Shown here: positions 19,564 to 29,255 of the stretch, one piece after another | Layout of the letters: each line of letters opens with the position of its first letter | Position numbering within the stretch: the stretch's first letter is position 1 | DNA from: a virus | Taxonomy: Duplodnaviria; Caudoviricetes | Strand: one strand, 5' to 3' | DNA length: 64,000 bases | Virus record (IMG/VR): IMGVR_UViG_3300031867_000003 | Span: 1-64,000 of that record | Translations under genes and position numbers: made by a program | Notes under the pieces: model-generated | Seen by the model: only the letters and a program-made list of their open reading frames with translations | Database searches by the model: none | Told to the model about the DNA's origin: nothing

Positions 19564-20556
19564 ATGATTAAGATATTAATAGTAATCACAGTCTTATGTG
19601 TGATAAACACAATCGGGATGTACTGTTTACTGATTGTAGCTAGTAATGCGGATGACGCAGCGGATGCATACTGGCATCCAAATTGCCGAGGTTGCTTTGG
19701 AGCATCAAATGAAGATTGTGACAGATGCTGGGCGGAGCAGCGTAAACGATGGGGAGTGCCGGATGATGAAGAGCCTAATGTCGATATTAATTAATCCAAC
19801 AATGATTATACTGATAGTTCTATTACTGGTAGATATTACGGCAATCATATGCAGTTTAGGACTTAGTTCGCTGATGGTCTCATCAGTTATGATGTTTGCA
19901 GCGGCACTTGTACTTGGCATGTTAATGTTTTTATGTGATGAGTATGACGAGGAGAGATTATGATTTATCTGGGGGCTGGCGCTATTGGACTTATTGTCGG
20001 GTCTGTGTTTACATTCTTTATGATGTATCCGAGTTATAGGCGAGGATATTATGACGGAAAAGCATCCAAAATTAAAAAAGATGTATTGAATCAAATATAT
20101 AACGAAGCGTTCGATGATGTTATGCAAGGCGTATATAAGGCGATCGACAACATTAAACCGGAGGAATATGATTATGACGGTGATTAAGTTTGCCGGGATA
20201 TTGATATTAACAGTTGCAATTTGGAGTGGAGTTTATGTTGGATAACGAGGTAAAAGTTATGGAAATTACTTGCGGTAACTGTGTAAATAACGAGTGTGGA
20301 CTTTGCGATCTGTTGGGGTACTTCGTGGAAGATGATGATAAGCCCTGGTGTCGTAATAAATATGAGGGCAAGCATGACTGGAATAGCGGAAAACAAGATA
20401 AACGAAATGGAAATGGAGTTAGGTAGAAGGCAAGCGCTATATGACAAAATTATTAAATATGATGAGAGCATCTCCGATAGTGAGCGAGATTTTTATTGGG
20501 GCAAGGCTGCTTGTCTAAGTGACATGATGTATCTGTTGATTAAGTATAGTAAGTAA
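19564..20556 (+). other. Small membrane and hypothetical genes (stops at 19794, 19963, 20187, 20426, 20556)
   Basis: ORF track; hydrophobic segments in the first three. Confidence 0.65.
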
Positions 20557-20570
20557 AGGAGAATGATTAA

Positions 20571-21491
20571 ATGGCTGGTTTTGTAAAAGCTGTAAGAGAA
20601 GATGTTTGGTTAAAGATCCAGTTTGGTGGACCATCTGGGGCTGGAAAAACGTATACAGCACTTCGTGTTGGTACAGGAATAGCAAAAAAATGCAATAGTC
20701 GTATTGCATTTATTTCATCGGAGAAGTCAAGAACTTTGTATTATGCTGATAAATTTGATTATGATGTTCTTGAACTTGATGATTATTCACCGGAAGATTA
20801 TATTCGTGCTATTGAAATGGCAGTAGATGCTGGATATAAAGTAATTATTATTGATTCAACTAGTCATGAATGGCAGTGGTTGAATGATGTACATGGGAAA
20901 ATGCCTGGTAATAGTTTCCAGAACTGGGGGAAGCTCAAGCCGCGCCATGCAAAATTCATGTCTAAAATTCTTCAGTGTCCGGCTCATGTCCTTACATGTG
21001 CGAGAGGTAAAACAGAATGGTCTCTTGAGGATCGTGACGGCAAAAAAGTCCCCGTAAAGCTTGGATTAGGTAATGAAGGCGATAAACAGGCAGATTTCGA
21101 GTATACCGTCTCTTTCGCAATTGCTCAAGGTACTCATATTGCTTCAGTTGACGCCGGTGGCAAGGACAATACAGGATTATTTGATGAGAAATATGAAGTA
21201 CTCACTGAGAAACATGGTGAAATGCTTTATGATTGGGCAAACTCTGGTATTAGACCTGCTTCTATTCCTAAAGATATTCCGGAGCCGGGAGATGCCATTA
21301 CACAGGCTGCCGATGACCTCAAAGCCGTCAAGACCGAAATCATTAACGCAGCCAAGGCAGCCGGTGGTTCCGGTAATGAAGCCGTAATGACCACGATTAA
21401 GGAATATGCTCCGAGTGGTAACCCAAATGCCATTCGAGATATTAATAAAGCTCGAGAGCTTCTGACTAAGCTCCAGGCTCTTGCGCAGTAA
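20571..21491 (+). CDS. AAA-family ATPase, Sak4-like single-strand annealing recombinase
   Basis: Walker A GPSGAGKT, Walker B VIIIDS; directly upstream of ssb. Confidence 0.8.
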   Translation: MAGFVKAVREDVWLKIQFGGPSGAGKTYTALRVGTGIAKKCNSRIAFISSEKSRTLYYADKFDYDVLELDDYSPEDYIRAIEMAVDAGYKVIIIDSTSHEWQWLNDVHGKMPGNSFQNWGKLKPRHAKFMSKILQCPAHVLTCARGKTEWSLEDRDGKKVPVKLGLGNEGDKQADFEYTVSFAIAQGTHIASVDAGGKDNTGLFDEKYEVLTEKHGEMLYDWANSGIRPASIPKDIPEPGDAITQAADDLKAVKTEIINAAKAAGGSGNEAVMTTIKEYAPSGNPNAIRDINKARELLTKLQALAQ

Positions 21492-21570
21492 CTGTTAACC
21501 ATTACCATCACTCACATACGGGCGGAGCAAATCCGCCCAACAAATTAATTATTAAAGGAGAATAGATATT

Positions 21571-21990
21571 ATGAATAAAGTTGATCTTGTTGGTAGACTT
21601 ACGAAAGACGTAGAAGTGAGATACTCTACTGGAGAGAACGCGAATGCAAATTGTCGTTTCACGGTAGCTGTTAATAGAAAGTTTAAGAATAAAGAAACCG
21701 GACAGTATGACGCTGATTTTATCAGTTGTGTTGCCTTCTCTAAAACAGCTGAGTTTATCTCCAAGTGGTTCCACAAGGGCGATCCTATCGGAATCAGTGG
21801 AAATATCAGAACCGGTAGCTATACAAACAAAGACGGTATCAAAGTTTATACCACAGATGTATATGTTGACGATGCCGAGTTTGTTGCCAGTAAAGGCGCA
21901 ACCGCTGCGACTCCTTCTCAGGCATCCACTCCGGATATGAACGGTTTTATGAACATTCCGGACACTGTTGAAGAAGAACTTCCGTTCTGA
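21571..21990 (+). CDS. ssb: Single-stranded DNA-binding protein
   Basis: MNKVDLVGRLTKD, ADFISCVAF, acidic EEELPF tail. Confidence 0.95.
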   Translation: MNKVDLVGRLTKDVEVRYSTGENANANCRFTVAVNRKFKNKETGQYDADFISCVAFSKTAEFISKWFHKGDPIGISGNIRTGSYTNKDGIKVYTTDVYVDDAEFVASKGATAATPSQASTPDMNGFMNIPDTVEEELPF

Positions 21991-22010
21991 GATAACTACG
22001 GAGGCTGGCT

Positions 22011-22559
22011 ATGGCTAAAAAACGACCGCCTAAAATGGTGAATTGTAGATACCCCAAATGCCGTAAACTCCATGAGAGTACTCAGCTACTTAAAGATGAG
22101 GCGGTTCAGGGTGGTAAACAGAAACATTACTACCACCCCGACTGCTATCACGTCATGCAGACGGTCAATGAAATTAGGGATTTATTCTATAAGAATATTA
22201 ATCCGACATTGACCGGAAAGCAGATCGGCGGTCTCGTATCTACTATAAATTACTTGGTTTTAGACAAACATGTGGATGTAGACTACTTAAAGTTTGCACT
22301 ACAGTATTTTATTAACTATAAACCCGGCAAGCTGAACCATCCGCCCGGACTTCATTACATTATCCAGGATAAGGACGTTAAGGACGCTTGGGATAAGGAA
22401 CAAGAGTGGAAGATTCGCAACCAGTTGAAACAACAAGAAGAGGTGTTTTTAGCAAATGAGTTTGAGTTAGATTTACCCGATTTGGATACGGAAAAAATTC
22501 CGGAACCTAAAACAACGAATAACAAAAAGTCAAGATTTTCAAGTGTATTGGGGGTGTAA
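22011..22559 (+). CDS. Hypothetical replication-module protein (possible helicase loader)
   Basis: C..C..H/HPDC metal motif; between ssb and the helicase. Confidence 0.55.
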   Translation: MAKKRPPKMVNCRYPKCRKLHESTQLLKDEAVQGGKQKHYYHPDCYHVMQTVNEIRDLFYKNINPTLTGKQIGGLVSTINYLVLDKHVDVDYLKFALQYFINYKPGKLNHPPGLHYIIQDKDVKDAWDKEQEWKIRNQLKQQEEVFLANEFELDLPDLDTEKIPEPKTTNNKKSRFSSVLGV

Positions 22560-23921
22560 TTGTTGGCAAGAAGTATATCGGAGTTAGTGGATAATTCGGC
22601 AGAGGGTGGCGTAATTGCCTCATTAATCCATCATCCCGAATATCTTCTTAGTGACAACAATTTACGCCCTCGTTTTTTTTACAATCAAGAAAATCAACTC
22701 CTGTTTTGGGGAATTGAAGAACTAGTAAAAAGCGGAGTTACTAAAATTGATAGTTTAAATCTGCACAATGTTATTTATAGTAGTCCGGGTTGCCAAAAAA
22801 TTGCAGACAAATACGGACTGACAAACCTTCAGGAATATATTGAATTATCTAAGATTGCGGCTAGGGGAACGTATGAGGAGTATAAATTATTAGCTAACAC
22901 CGTTGTCGGTTTAGCATTTCGGCGTGATCTATGTGGGTTTTCGGTCGATATTGGAAAAGAATGTTTTAATAAAGAGATTACGCTAGATACGCTGAATGAC
23001 TATGTTAATAATGGAATCGATAAAATTGCTGAAAAGTTTATCTTTGGCGGAGACAGCGTCCAGCTTGGTGAAAAAATCGATGCTATCTGGGAAGAAATTT
23101 GTGAAGATCGGAATGAGGACGGTAGCATCGGCATACCAAATTTAATTCCGACGTTAGACGATTATTTTACATTTGGTAAGGGCGAACTTGTACTCGTTGC
23201 CGGGGCAACCGGTCGAGGTAAGTCTAGTTACTTTATGAACCAAGGATTATATGCGCTAAAAAATGGAATCCCAATTGTAATTATTGATACCGAGCTAACC
23301 GATAAAGTGTTTTTGCCAAGAGCGATTGCATGTTTAAGTGGGGTTACGGTCAAAAAGATCAAGTCTGGTAAATACACCAATGAGGAATTTGACCGTATCC
23401 AAAAAGCGATGGAATTTATTAAAAAATCTCCCGGATTTGTCCATGAATATCAGCCAATTTTTAGTCGGACATTAGTAGAGCAGACATTCCGTAAATGGTA
23501 TAACAAAAATCAGTTAGGTTTTGCAATTTATGATTATATAAAACCTTCCGAAATGAGAGGGGCAGCTGAAATATCTCAGAGTTTGGGATTAATGGCCGAT
23601 TTTCTTAAGTCGATAGCCGGAACATTGGAAATACCAATACTAGCCGGTCTTCAATTAAACAAAATGACTGGAAATGTCTCAGATTCGCAAAAACCAGAAA
23701 GATATGCGGATGTCCTAATGTACTGGAAAGACAAAACTGTTGAACAACTTAAACAAGATGGGATTGATTGTGGCAATTATTGTATTCAGGTCGCTAAAAA
23801 CCGTAACGGAAGTATTCATGGCGGCGAGGACGATTACGTTGATGTACAGTTTGTCGGCGACTTGATGAATATAAAAGAAGCAAAGAAACACACTAAGAAT
23901 ACAACACCATTTGACACATAA
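22560..23921 (+). CDS. dnaB: Replicative DNA helicase, DnaB family
   Basis: AEGGVIASL N-domain, GATGRGKS, IDTEL, IYDYIK, QLN, KNRNG. Confidence 0.9.
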   Translation: MLARSISELVDNSAEGGVIASLIHHPEYLLSDNNLRPRFFYNQENQLLFWGIEELVKSGVTKIDSLNLHNVIYSSPGCQKIADKYGLTNLQEYIELSKIAARGTYEEYKLLANTVVGLAFRRDLCGFSVDIGKECFNKEITLDTLNDYVNNGIDKIAEKFIFGGDSVQLGEKIDAIWEEICEDRNEDGSIGIPNLIPTLDDYFTFGKGELVLVAGATGRGKSSYFMNQGLYALKNGIPIVIIDTELTDKVFLPRAIACLSGVTVKKIKSGKYTNEEFDRIQKAMEFIKKSPGFVHEYQPIFSRTLVEQTFRKWYNKNQLGFAIYDYIKPSEMRGAAEISQSLGLMADFLKSIAGTLEIPILAGLQLNKMTGNVSDSQKPERYADVLMYWKDKTVEQLKQDGIDCGNYCIQVAKNRNGSIHGGEDDYVDVQFVGDLMNIKEAKKHTKNTTPFDT

Positions 23922-23936
23922 TAAGGAGAAAAAAAT

Positions 23937-25988
23937 ATGTTGAACTTCAAACTGATAAAAGACGCGATAGAGAGCCATTTTTCGGCTATGGCAGAGAAGT
24001 ATAATTGTTTGTATGAAGTCCATCTTGACAAGGATGAACTTTGGAATACCTACATGGAAGCAATTCCGCCACAGCACAACAAAATATATCGTGTTCGCCG
24101 CGAACATGATTGCAGTTGTTGCCGACATTTTATTAAACAGATTGGTGCAGTTATCGGAATCAAAGATGGCAGAGTTGAGTCTATCTGGGATGTAACAACC
24201 GGAGATGATGATTGGGATGCTGTTTGTAAGACATTATCCTCATTCGTTAAATCGCACGGAATCATGAGTGTGTATTATTCGCCGAGCGCTAATGTCGGTA
24301 CAGACTATAACATGGACACAGACGAAGACGGGAATCCGATTAGATGGAATCACTTCTATCTTAAGCTTCCGCAGAAGTATGTTAAAAGTGGCACTTACTT
24401 AAACACTGCGATCGGAACATCTAGAGATAATAAGAATGTATTCAAAAGAAGTCTTGATGAGTTAACAATGGATTCGATTGACTCCGTACTCGAACTTATT
24501 AACCAGAAGTCACTGTACCGTGGTGAAGAATACAAAGCAAATCTGATTGATTTCCGAGCTCATAAAATTGCTTATGATAAGCTGAAGGATGAGACACAGA
24601 AAGACATATATGCTTGGGAGAAATCTCCGAGCCTTCGTGAGTCGGTGTCTAAAATCCGAAATACTGCAATCGGCACATTGCTGATCGATATTAGTAACGG
24701 TGTTGGACTGGACGAAGCTGTCCGCAAGTATGAAGCGGTTGTTGCTCCAGCAAATTATAAGCGTAGTAAACCGATTTTTACGCAGCGTATGCTGGAAGAA
24801 GCACAGAAAACAATAACAGAACTCGGATATCTCGATTCGCTCAAGAGAAGATATGCAAATCCCGATGATATTACGGTTAATAACATTCTGTTCAGTAACC
24901 GTGACGCATCAAAACGTATTCAGGGTGCGGATGATATTTTTGCAAGCCTTGCGAAGGAGACCAAGAAATCCGCAAAGAAATTCTCTAAGGTTGAAGAAAT
25001 TTCTATTGAGGACTTTATTAAAAACGTTCTTCCCACCACTACAGAAGTTGAAGCATACGTAGAAAATAAACATGCTTCAAATTTTGTATCGCTAATTGCT
25101 CCGGTTGACAAGAACAGCAAGACGATGTTTAAGTGGGGCAACAATTTTAGTTGGGCATACTCCGGTAATGTGACTGATTCTATTCTTAAGCAGAATGTTA
25201 AAAATGCCGGCGGTAAAGTTGATGGTGTTCTTAGATTCTCGATTATGTGGAACGATAATGGTGAATGGAACCAGAACGACGAAGACGCTCATTGCATTGA
25301 ACCGGATGGCACCCATATTTATTATGCGGATAAGCGTAGTGCTTCCGGAGGTAATCTTGATATAGATATTACACATCCTGGCAAAGGAGTCCCGGCAGTT
25401 GAGAATATTACATGGCCGAGTACAAACAGGATGAAACCCGGGACTTATAAGTTTTTTGTTCATACATATGCCGGACGTGGTGGTCACGGTGGATTCAGAG
25501 CCGAGGTTGAGTGTAACGGTGAAATTCACTCCTATGATTATTCTTTTGATACTCGTGGCGGGAAAAATGTGGATGTTGCCGAAGTCATACTTGATAAGAC
25601 CGGTAACTTTACCGTCAAGGATGTGATTCAGTCAAGTATTAGTAACCGAGATATTTGGGGCATTACAACAAATGATTTTGTCCCAGTTAATGTAATTTGT
25701 TACTCACCGAATTATTGGGATGAGCAGCATGGTATCGGCAATAAGCATTATTTCTTTATGTTGAAAGATTGTGTAAATCCGGAAATGCCGAACGGCTGGT
25801 ATAATGAATTCTTAAACAGCGACCTGTATCCGGCTCACCGCAAGGTTATGGAAGCTATGGCAACTAAGGCTCATGTTGAAGAGTGTGATGATCAGCTTAG
25901 CGGACTGGGATTCAGCTCCACAGTGAGAAACGATTTGGTAGTCAAGGTCAAAGGTTCTACTGAGAGAATTCTCAAGATTAAATTTTAA
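23937..25988 (+). CDS. Large conserved phage protein with YfaP/DUF2135-like domain
   Basis: HDCSCC motif; LRFSIMW..DEDAH..EP..LDID..VENITW. Confidence 0.6.
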   Translation: MLNFKLIKDAIESHFSAMAEKYNCLYEVHLDKDELWNTYMEAIPPQHNKIYRVRREHDCSCCRHFIKQIGAVIGIKDGRVESIWDVTTGDDDWDAVCKTLSSFVKSHGIMSVYYSPSANVGTDYNMDTDEDGNPIRWNHFYLKLPQKYVKSGTYLNTAIGTSRDNKNVFKRSLDELTMDSIDSVLELINQKSLYRGEEYKANLIDFRAHKIAYDKLKDETQKDIYAWEKSPSLRESVSKIRNTAIGTLLIDISNGVGLDEAVRKYEAVVAPANYKRSKPIFTQRMLEEAQKTITELGYLDSLKRRYANPDDITVNNILFSNRDASKRIQGADDIFASLAKETKKSAKKFSKVEEISIEDFIKNVLPTTTEVEAYVENKHASNFVSLIAPVDKNSKTMFKWGNNFSWAYSGNVTDSILKQNVKNAGGKVDGVLRFSIMWNDNGEWNQNDEDAHCIEPDGTHIYYADKRSASGGNLDIDITHPGKGVPAVENITWPSTNRMKPGTYKFFVHTYAGRGGHGGFRAEVECNGEIHSYDYSFDTRGGKNVDVAEVILDKTGNFTVKDVIQSSISNRDIWGITTNDFVPVNVICYSPNYWDEQHGIGNKHYFFMLKDCVNPEMPNGWYNEFLNSDLYPAHRKVMEAMATKAHVEECDDQLSGLGFSSTVRNDLVVKVKGSTERILKIKF

Positions 25989-26000
25989 GGAGGTACGATT

Positions 26001-26387
26001 ATGAGTGAGAGAAACATTTTTAAGGAAGCCACTAAGAAGAAATATAGATGGAATTTTCGCGGTATTTGCACCGTTGAAGATCTTTGGGATTTGGATGTCG
26101 AGCATCTCGACACCATCTATAAAGCACTGAAGAAACAGCAGAAAGACGCTGACGGAGAGTCACTTCTTACTACGGTAAGTAAAGAAGACGTAGTACTGGA
26201 AGACAAGATTGCAATTGTTAAGGCGATTGTGGCTGATAAACTTGCAGCAATCGAGGTGGCTAAAAACGCTGCGAAGAAACGCCGTGAGAATCAGCGCATT
26301 CTGGAAATCATTGCGGATAAACAGGACGCAGCTCTTAAGGAGAAATCCCTAGAAGAACTTCAGGCAATGTTAACTACGGAAGTGTAA
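26001..26387 (+). CDS. Hypothetical coiled-coil phage protein
   Basis: TVEDLWDL motif, helical; adjacent to the 683-aa gene. Confidence 0.75.
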   Translation: MSERNIFKEATKKKYRWNFRGICTVEDLWDLDVEHLDTIYKALKKQQKDADGESLLTTVSKEDVVLEDKIAIVKAIVADKLAAIEVAKNAAKKRRENQRILEIIADKQDAALKEKSLEELQAMLTTEV

Positions 26388-26400
26388 GGTGAGATAGACA

Positions 26401-27399
26401 GTGAAGTATTCCCAGGATGCGTTAAATGAAATGGCGGCGAAAGTCGATTTGCTAACCTATATGGAGCGGACAGTTGATTTCACAAAGCATTCCGGGAATA
26501 CTCATTATTGTCTCTGTCCGTTTCATGATGAAGATACTCCATCATTGGCAGTTAATGAGGATGAACAATTCTGGCATTGTTTTGGCTGCGGCAAGTCCGG
26601 CTCGATATATACCTGGATTCAACTTACTGAGCATCTTTCGTTCCCACAGGCAGTGCAAAAAGTCGCGGAATTAACAAATTCTGATATTAACGAATATGTT
26701 GAGTCTGAGTCTCTTAATTTTTTTAAAACATTGAGTAAACTTAAAAAGACGAATAAAGAAGTTCCTCTACGAGTTCCGCTTGATATGGATAAAGATTACA
26801 TTCAGCGATTTAAAGATGAAGTGCCGCAAGAATGGATTGATGAGGGGATATCTCCGGAGACAATGAAAAAATACGAAATTAGAATCGATCCTATGAGTAA
26901 TAGAATTGTATATCCGGTAAAAGATAACGACGATAATCTTATTGGGATTAAGGGGCGCACTCGCTTTAAGAATTTCAAGGAACTAAAGATTATGAAATAT
27001 ATGAATTATGTTCGTATAGGCATTCTTAATTACTTCCAAGGTATGCAACAAGCTAGGGAATCAATCAATAGTTCCGGAGAAATAATTATTGTCGAAGGTA
27101 TTAAATCAGTCATGAAACTTGACCAGTGGGGATTCCATAATACTGTATCAGCGGAAACATCTAAACTGAACGAATACCAAATTGAATTACTAATCCGAAT
27201 GAAGGTTCGAGACGTGGTTATTGCATTCGATAAAGACGTTCAGATGAAAAAAATACATGAGTGTACAGAATTATTAAAAAGATTTACTAACGTATATGTT
27301 GTTTATGATAGATGGGGATTGCTTGACGACAAAGATAGCCCATGCGATAAGGGCAAAGAAGTATTTGAAGAGTTATATGAAAGGCGTATAAGACTTTGA
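26401..27399 (+). CDS. dnaG: DNA primase (CHC2 zinc finger + TOPRIM)
   Basis: CPFHDEDTPS..WHCFGC, IIVEG, AFDKD. Confidence 0.9.
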   Translation: MKYSQDALNEMAAKVDLLTYMERTVDFTKHSGNTHYCLCPFHDEDTPSLAVNEDEQFWHCFGCGKSGSIYTWIQLTEHLSFPQAVQKVAELTNSDINEYVESESLNFFKTLSKLKKTNKEVPLRVPLDMDKDYIQRFKDEVPQEWIDEGISPETMKKYEIRIDPMSNRIVYPVKDNDDNLIGIKGRTRFKNFKELKIMKYMNYVRIGILNYFQGMQQARESINSSGEIIIVEGIKSVMKLDQWGFHNTVSAETSKLNEYQIELLIRMKVRDVVIAFDKDVQMKKIHECTELLKRFTNVYVVYDRWGLLDDKDSPCDKGKEVFEELYERRIRL

Positions 27400-28457
27400 A
27401 AAAAAGGTATATAGATGAAGATTATATTGGCAAAACATTTGGTAGATTAACTGTGATAAGCGTAGCGGATAAGCCAGATTATTGGGTCTGCGAATGTAAA
27501 TGCGGAACAATTAAAGAAATAAAAAAATATGGTATTATTAATGGTTCTGTACTTTCTTGCGGATGCTTAAAAAAAGAAAAAGTTTCAGAAAGAAATAAAA
27601 AAGTAATACCAGAAGGTACAAGGTTTGGTAACTTGACTGTTAAAAATATTTACAATGGAACAGATAAGGATGGTATATGGTATAACTGCGAATGTGATTG
27701 TGGCGTAGAAACGGTAGTTAAAGGAACCTATCTAAGAGCTGGAAAAATAAAATCATGTGGTAAATGTGTCCAAAATACAATGGTTGGGAAGAAATTTGGC
27801 AGATTAACAGTTTTATCTGAACACCATAGAGATAATAAAAAGATATATTATGATTGTGAATGTGAATGCGGCAATCATACAATCGTAGAAGCGAGTAAAT
27901 TACGTAGTGGATGGACAAAGTCGTGTGGCTGTTTAAGTATAGAAAAATTAATAGAGCGTTCCAAAAAGTATAATAAATATGATTTAACTGGAGAATACGG
28001 TATAGGGTATGGTTCTGGTGGTAGCTTTAAATTTGATAAAGAAGATTATGATATTATTAAAGATAGTTGCTGGTATATTAACAATGATGGATATGTGGTT
28101 AATAGTTATGATGAGTACTTGCACAGAATAATTATGAATGCTCTGAAAGATATGGAAGTAGATCATATTAATCATGATCCAACGGATTGTAGAAAGAATA
28201 ACTTGAGAATTTGCGAACATTACAATAATTTAGCAAATACCAAATTGTATAAGACTAATACCTCTGGCTTTAAGAACGTTTATTATAATAAATCTAACGA
28301 CAAATGGTATGTATCAATTATAAGAAAAGGAGAAGAATATCGAAGTAGGGACTTTGATGATAAAACTGATGCTATAAAATATGCATATAATTTAGACAAA
28401 AAATTAAGAGGGGAATATTCTTATTATAATTCTATGGGGTTAAACTATGAACAATGA
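27396..28457 (+). CDS. HNH homing endonuclease with CxCxCG repeats and AP2-like C-terminus
   Basis: Three FG.LTV..C.C.CG..SCG repeats, LHRIIM..VDHINH..RKNNLR. Confidence 0.85.
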   Translation: MKKRYIDEDYIGKTFGRLTVISVADKPDYWVCECKCGTIKEIKKYGIINGSVLSCGCLKKEKVSERNKKVIPEGTRFGNLTVKNIYNGTDKDGIWYNCECDCGVETVVKGTYLRAGKIKSCGKCVQNTMVGKKFGRLTVLSEHHRDNKKIYYDCECECGNHTIVEASKLRSGWTKSCGCLSIEKLIERSKKYNKYDLTGEYGIGYGSGGSFKFDKEDYDIIKDSCWYINNDGYVVNSYDEYLHRIIMNALKDMEVDHINHDPTDCRKNNLRICEHYNNLANTKLYKTNTSGFKNVYYNKSNDKWYVSIIRKGEEYRSRDFDDKTDAIKYAYNLDKKLRGEYSYYNSMGLNYEQ

Positions 28458-29235
28458 TTTTATTATTGATACAATGAAATGGTCATTTTCGCGATTAAAT
28501 AGCTTCGACGCATGCCCATATGAATGGTATCGACACTACGTTGAATGTGAAGAACCAAAAAATAATTTTTTTGGTGCCGCTGGCGGATTTGTCCATAGTA
28601 TCCTTGAGCGCTATGAGAAGGGCGAGTTTGATGTCTGGGATTTATCTCCATATTTTGAGGAGCATTTTACGGAAGAAGTTCCGTATGATGCTCCGCCAAA
28701 TAAGTACAAGGACTTGAAGCAAGATTGGTATGATAGTGTTCTAGATTACTTTGATAATATAGACTTACCGATTGATAAATACGAAGTGGTCGGCGTAGAA
28801 AAACAAGTTAACTTCAATATTGATAAATATCCGTTCATAGGATTTATTGATTTATTATTACGTGACCCGGCAGATGGTAAGCTGATAATGTGTGATCACA
28901 AAACAAGTAATCTCAAAATTCTTAAGAGCGGAAAGGTTAGTAAGTCCGATAAGCAACATTTCCTTGAGTTCAAACGCCAGCAATATTTATACGCGAAACC
29001 GTTAATCGAAGATGAATTTGGCGAAGGTTGTATAAAGGAATTATGGTGGAACTTAATAAGACAAAAACAATTTATCAAAATACCGTTTGATTATGAAGAA
29101 TACTATGAGGCTCAAGTGTGGGCGCTCGATACTATTCATCGTATTGAAGCTGAGACAGAATGGCTGCCGAATCCGCAATTTTTCTACTGTTTGAATTTGT
29201 GCGGTCAGTCGGATTGCTGTCCGTATAAACCGTAA
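28447..29235 (+). CDS. PD-(D/E)XK nuclease (RecB/Cas4/AddB-like exonuclease)
   Basis: WSFSRL..CP, GFIDLL, DHKT, QQYLY, three C-terminal Cys. Confidence 0.85.
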   Translation: MNNDFIIDTMKWSFSRLNSFDACPYEWYRHYVECEEPKNNFFGAAGGFVHSILERYEKGEFDVWDLSPYFEEHFTEEVPYDAPPNKYKDLKQDWYDSVLDYFDNIDLPIDKYEVVGVEKQVNFNIDKYPFIGFIDLLLRDPADGKLIMCDHKTSNLKILKSGKVSKSDKQHFLEFKRQQYLYAKPLIEDEFGEGCIKELWWNLIRQKQFIKIPFDYEEYYEAQVWALDTIHRIEAETEWLPNPQFFYCLNLCGQSDCCPYKP

Positions 29236-29255
29236 ACTAGTATAAGGTGATATAA

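Noticed and set aside
21520-21538. GC hairpin before ssb as a terminator
   Set aside because: No following T tract; more likely a processing or stability hairpin
28447-29235. Cas4 belonging to the CRISPR locus
   Set aside because: It lies 13 kb away inside the replication operon, and Cas4-like exonucleases are common phage recombination proteins
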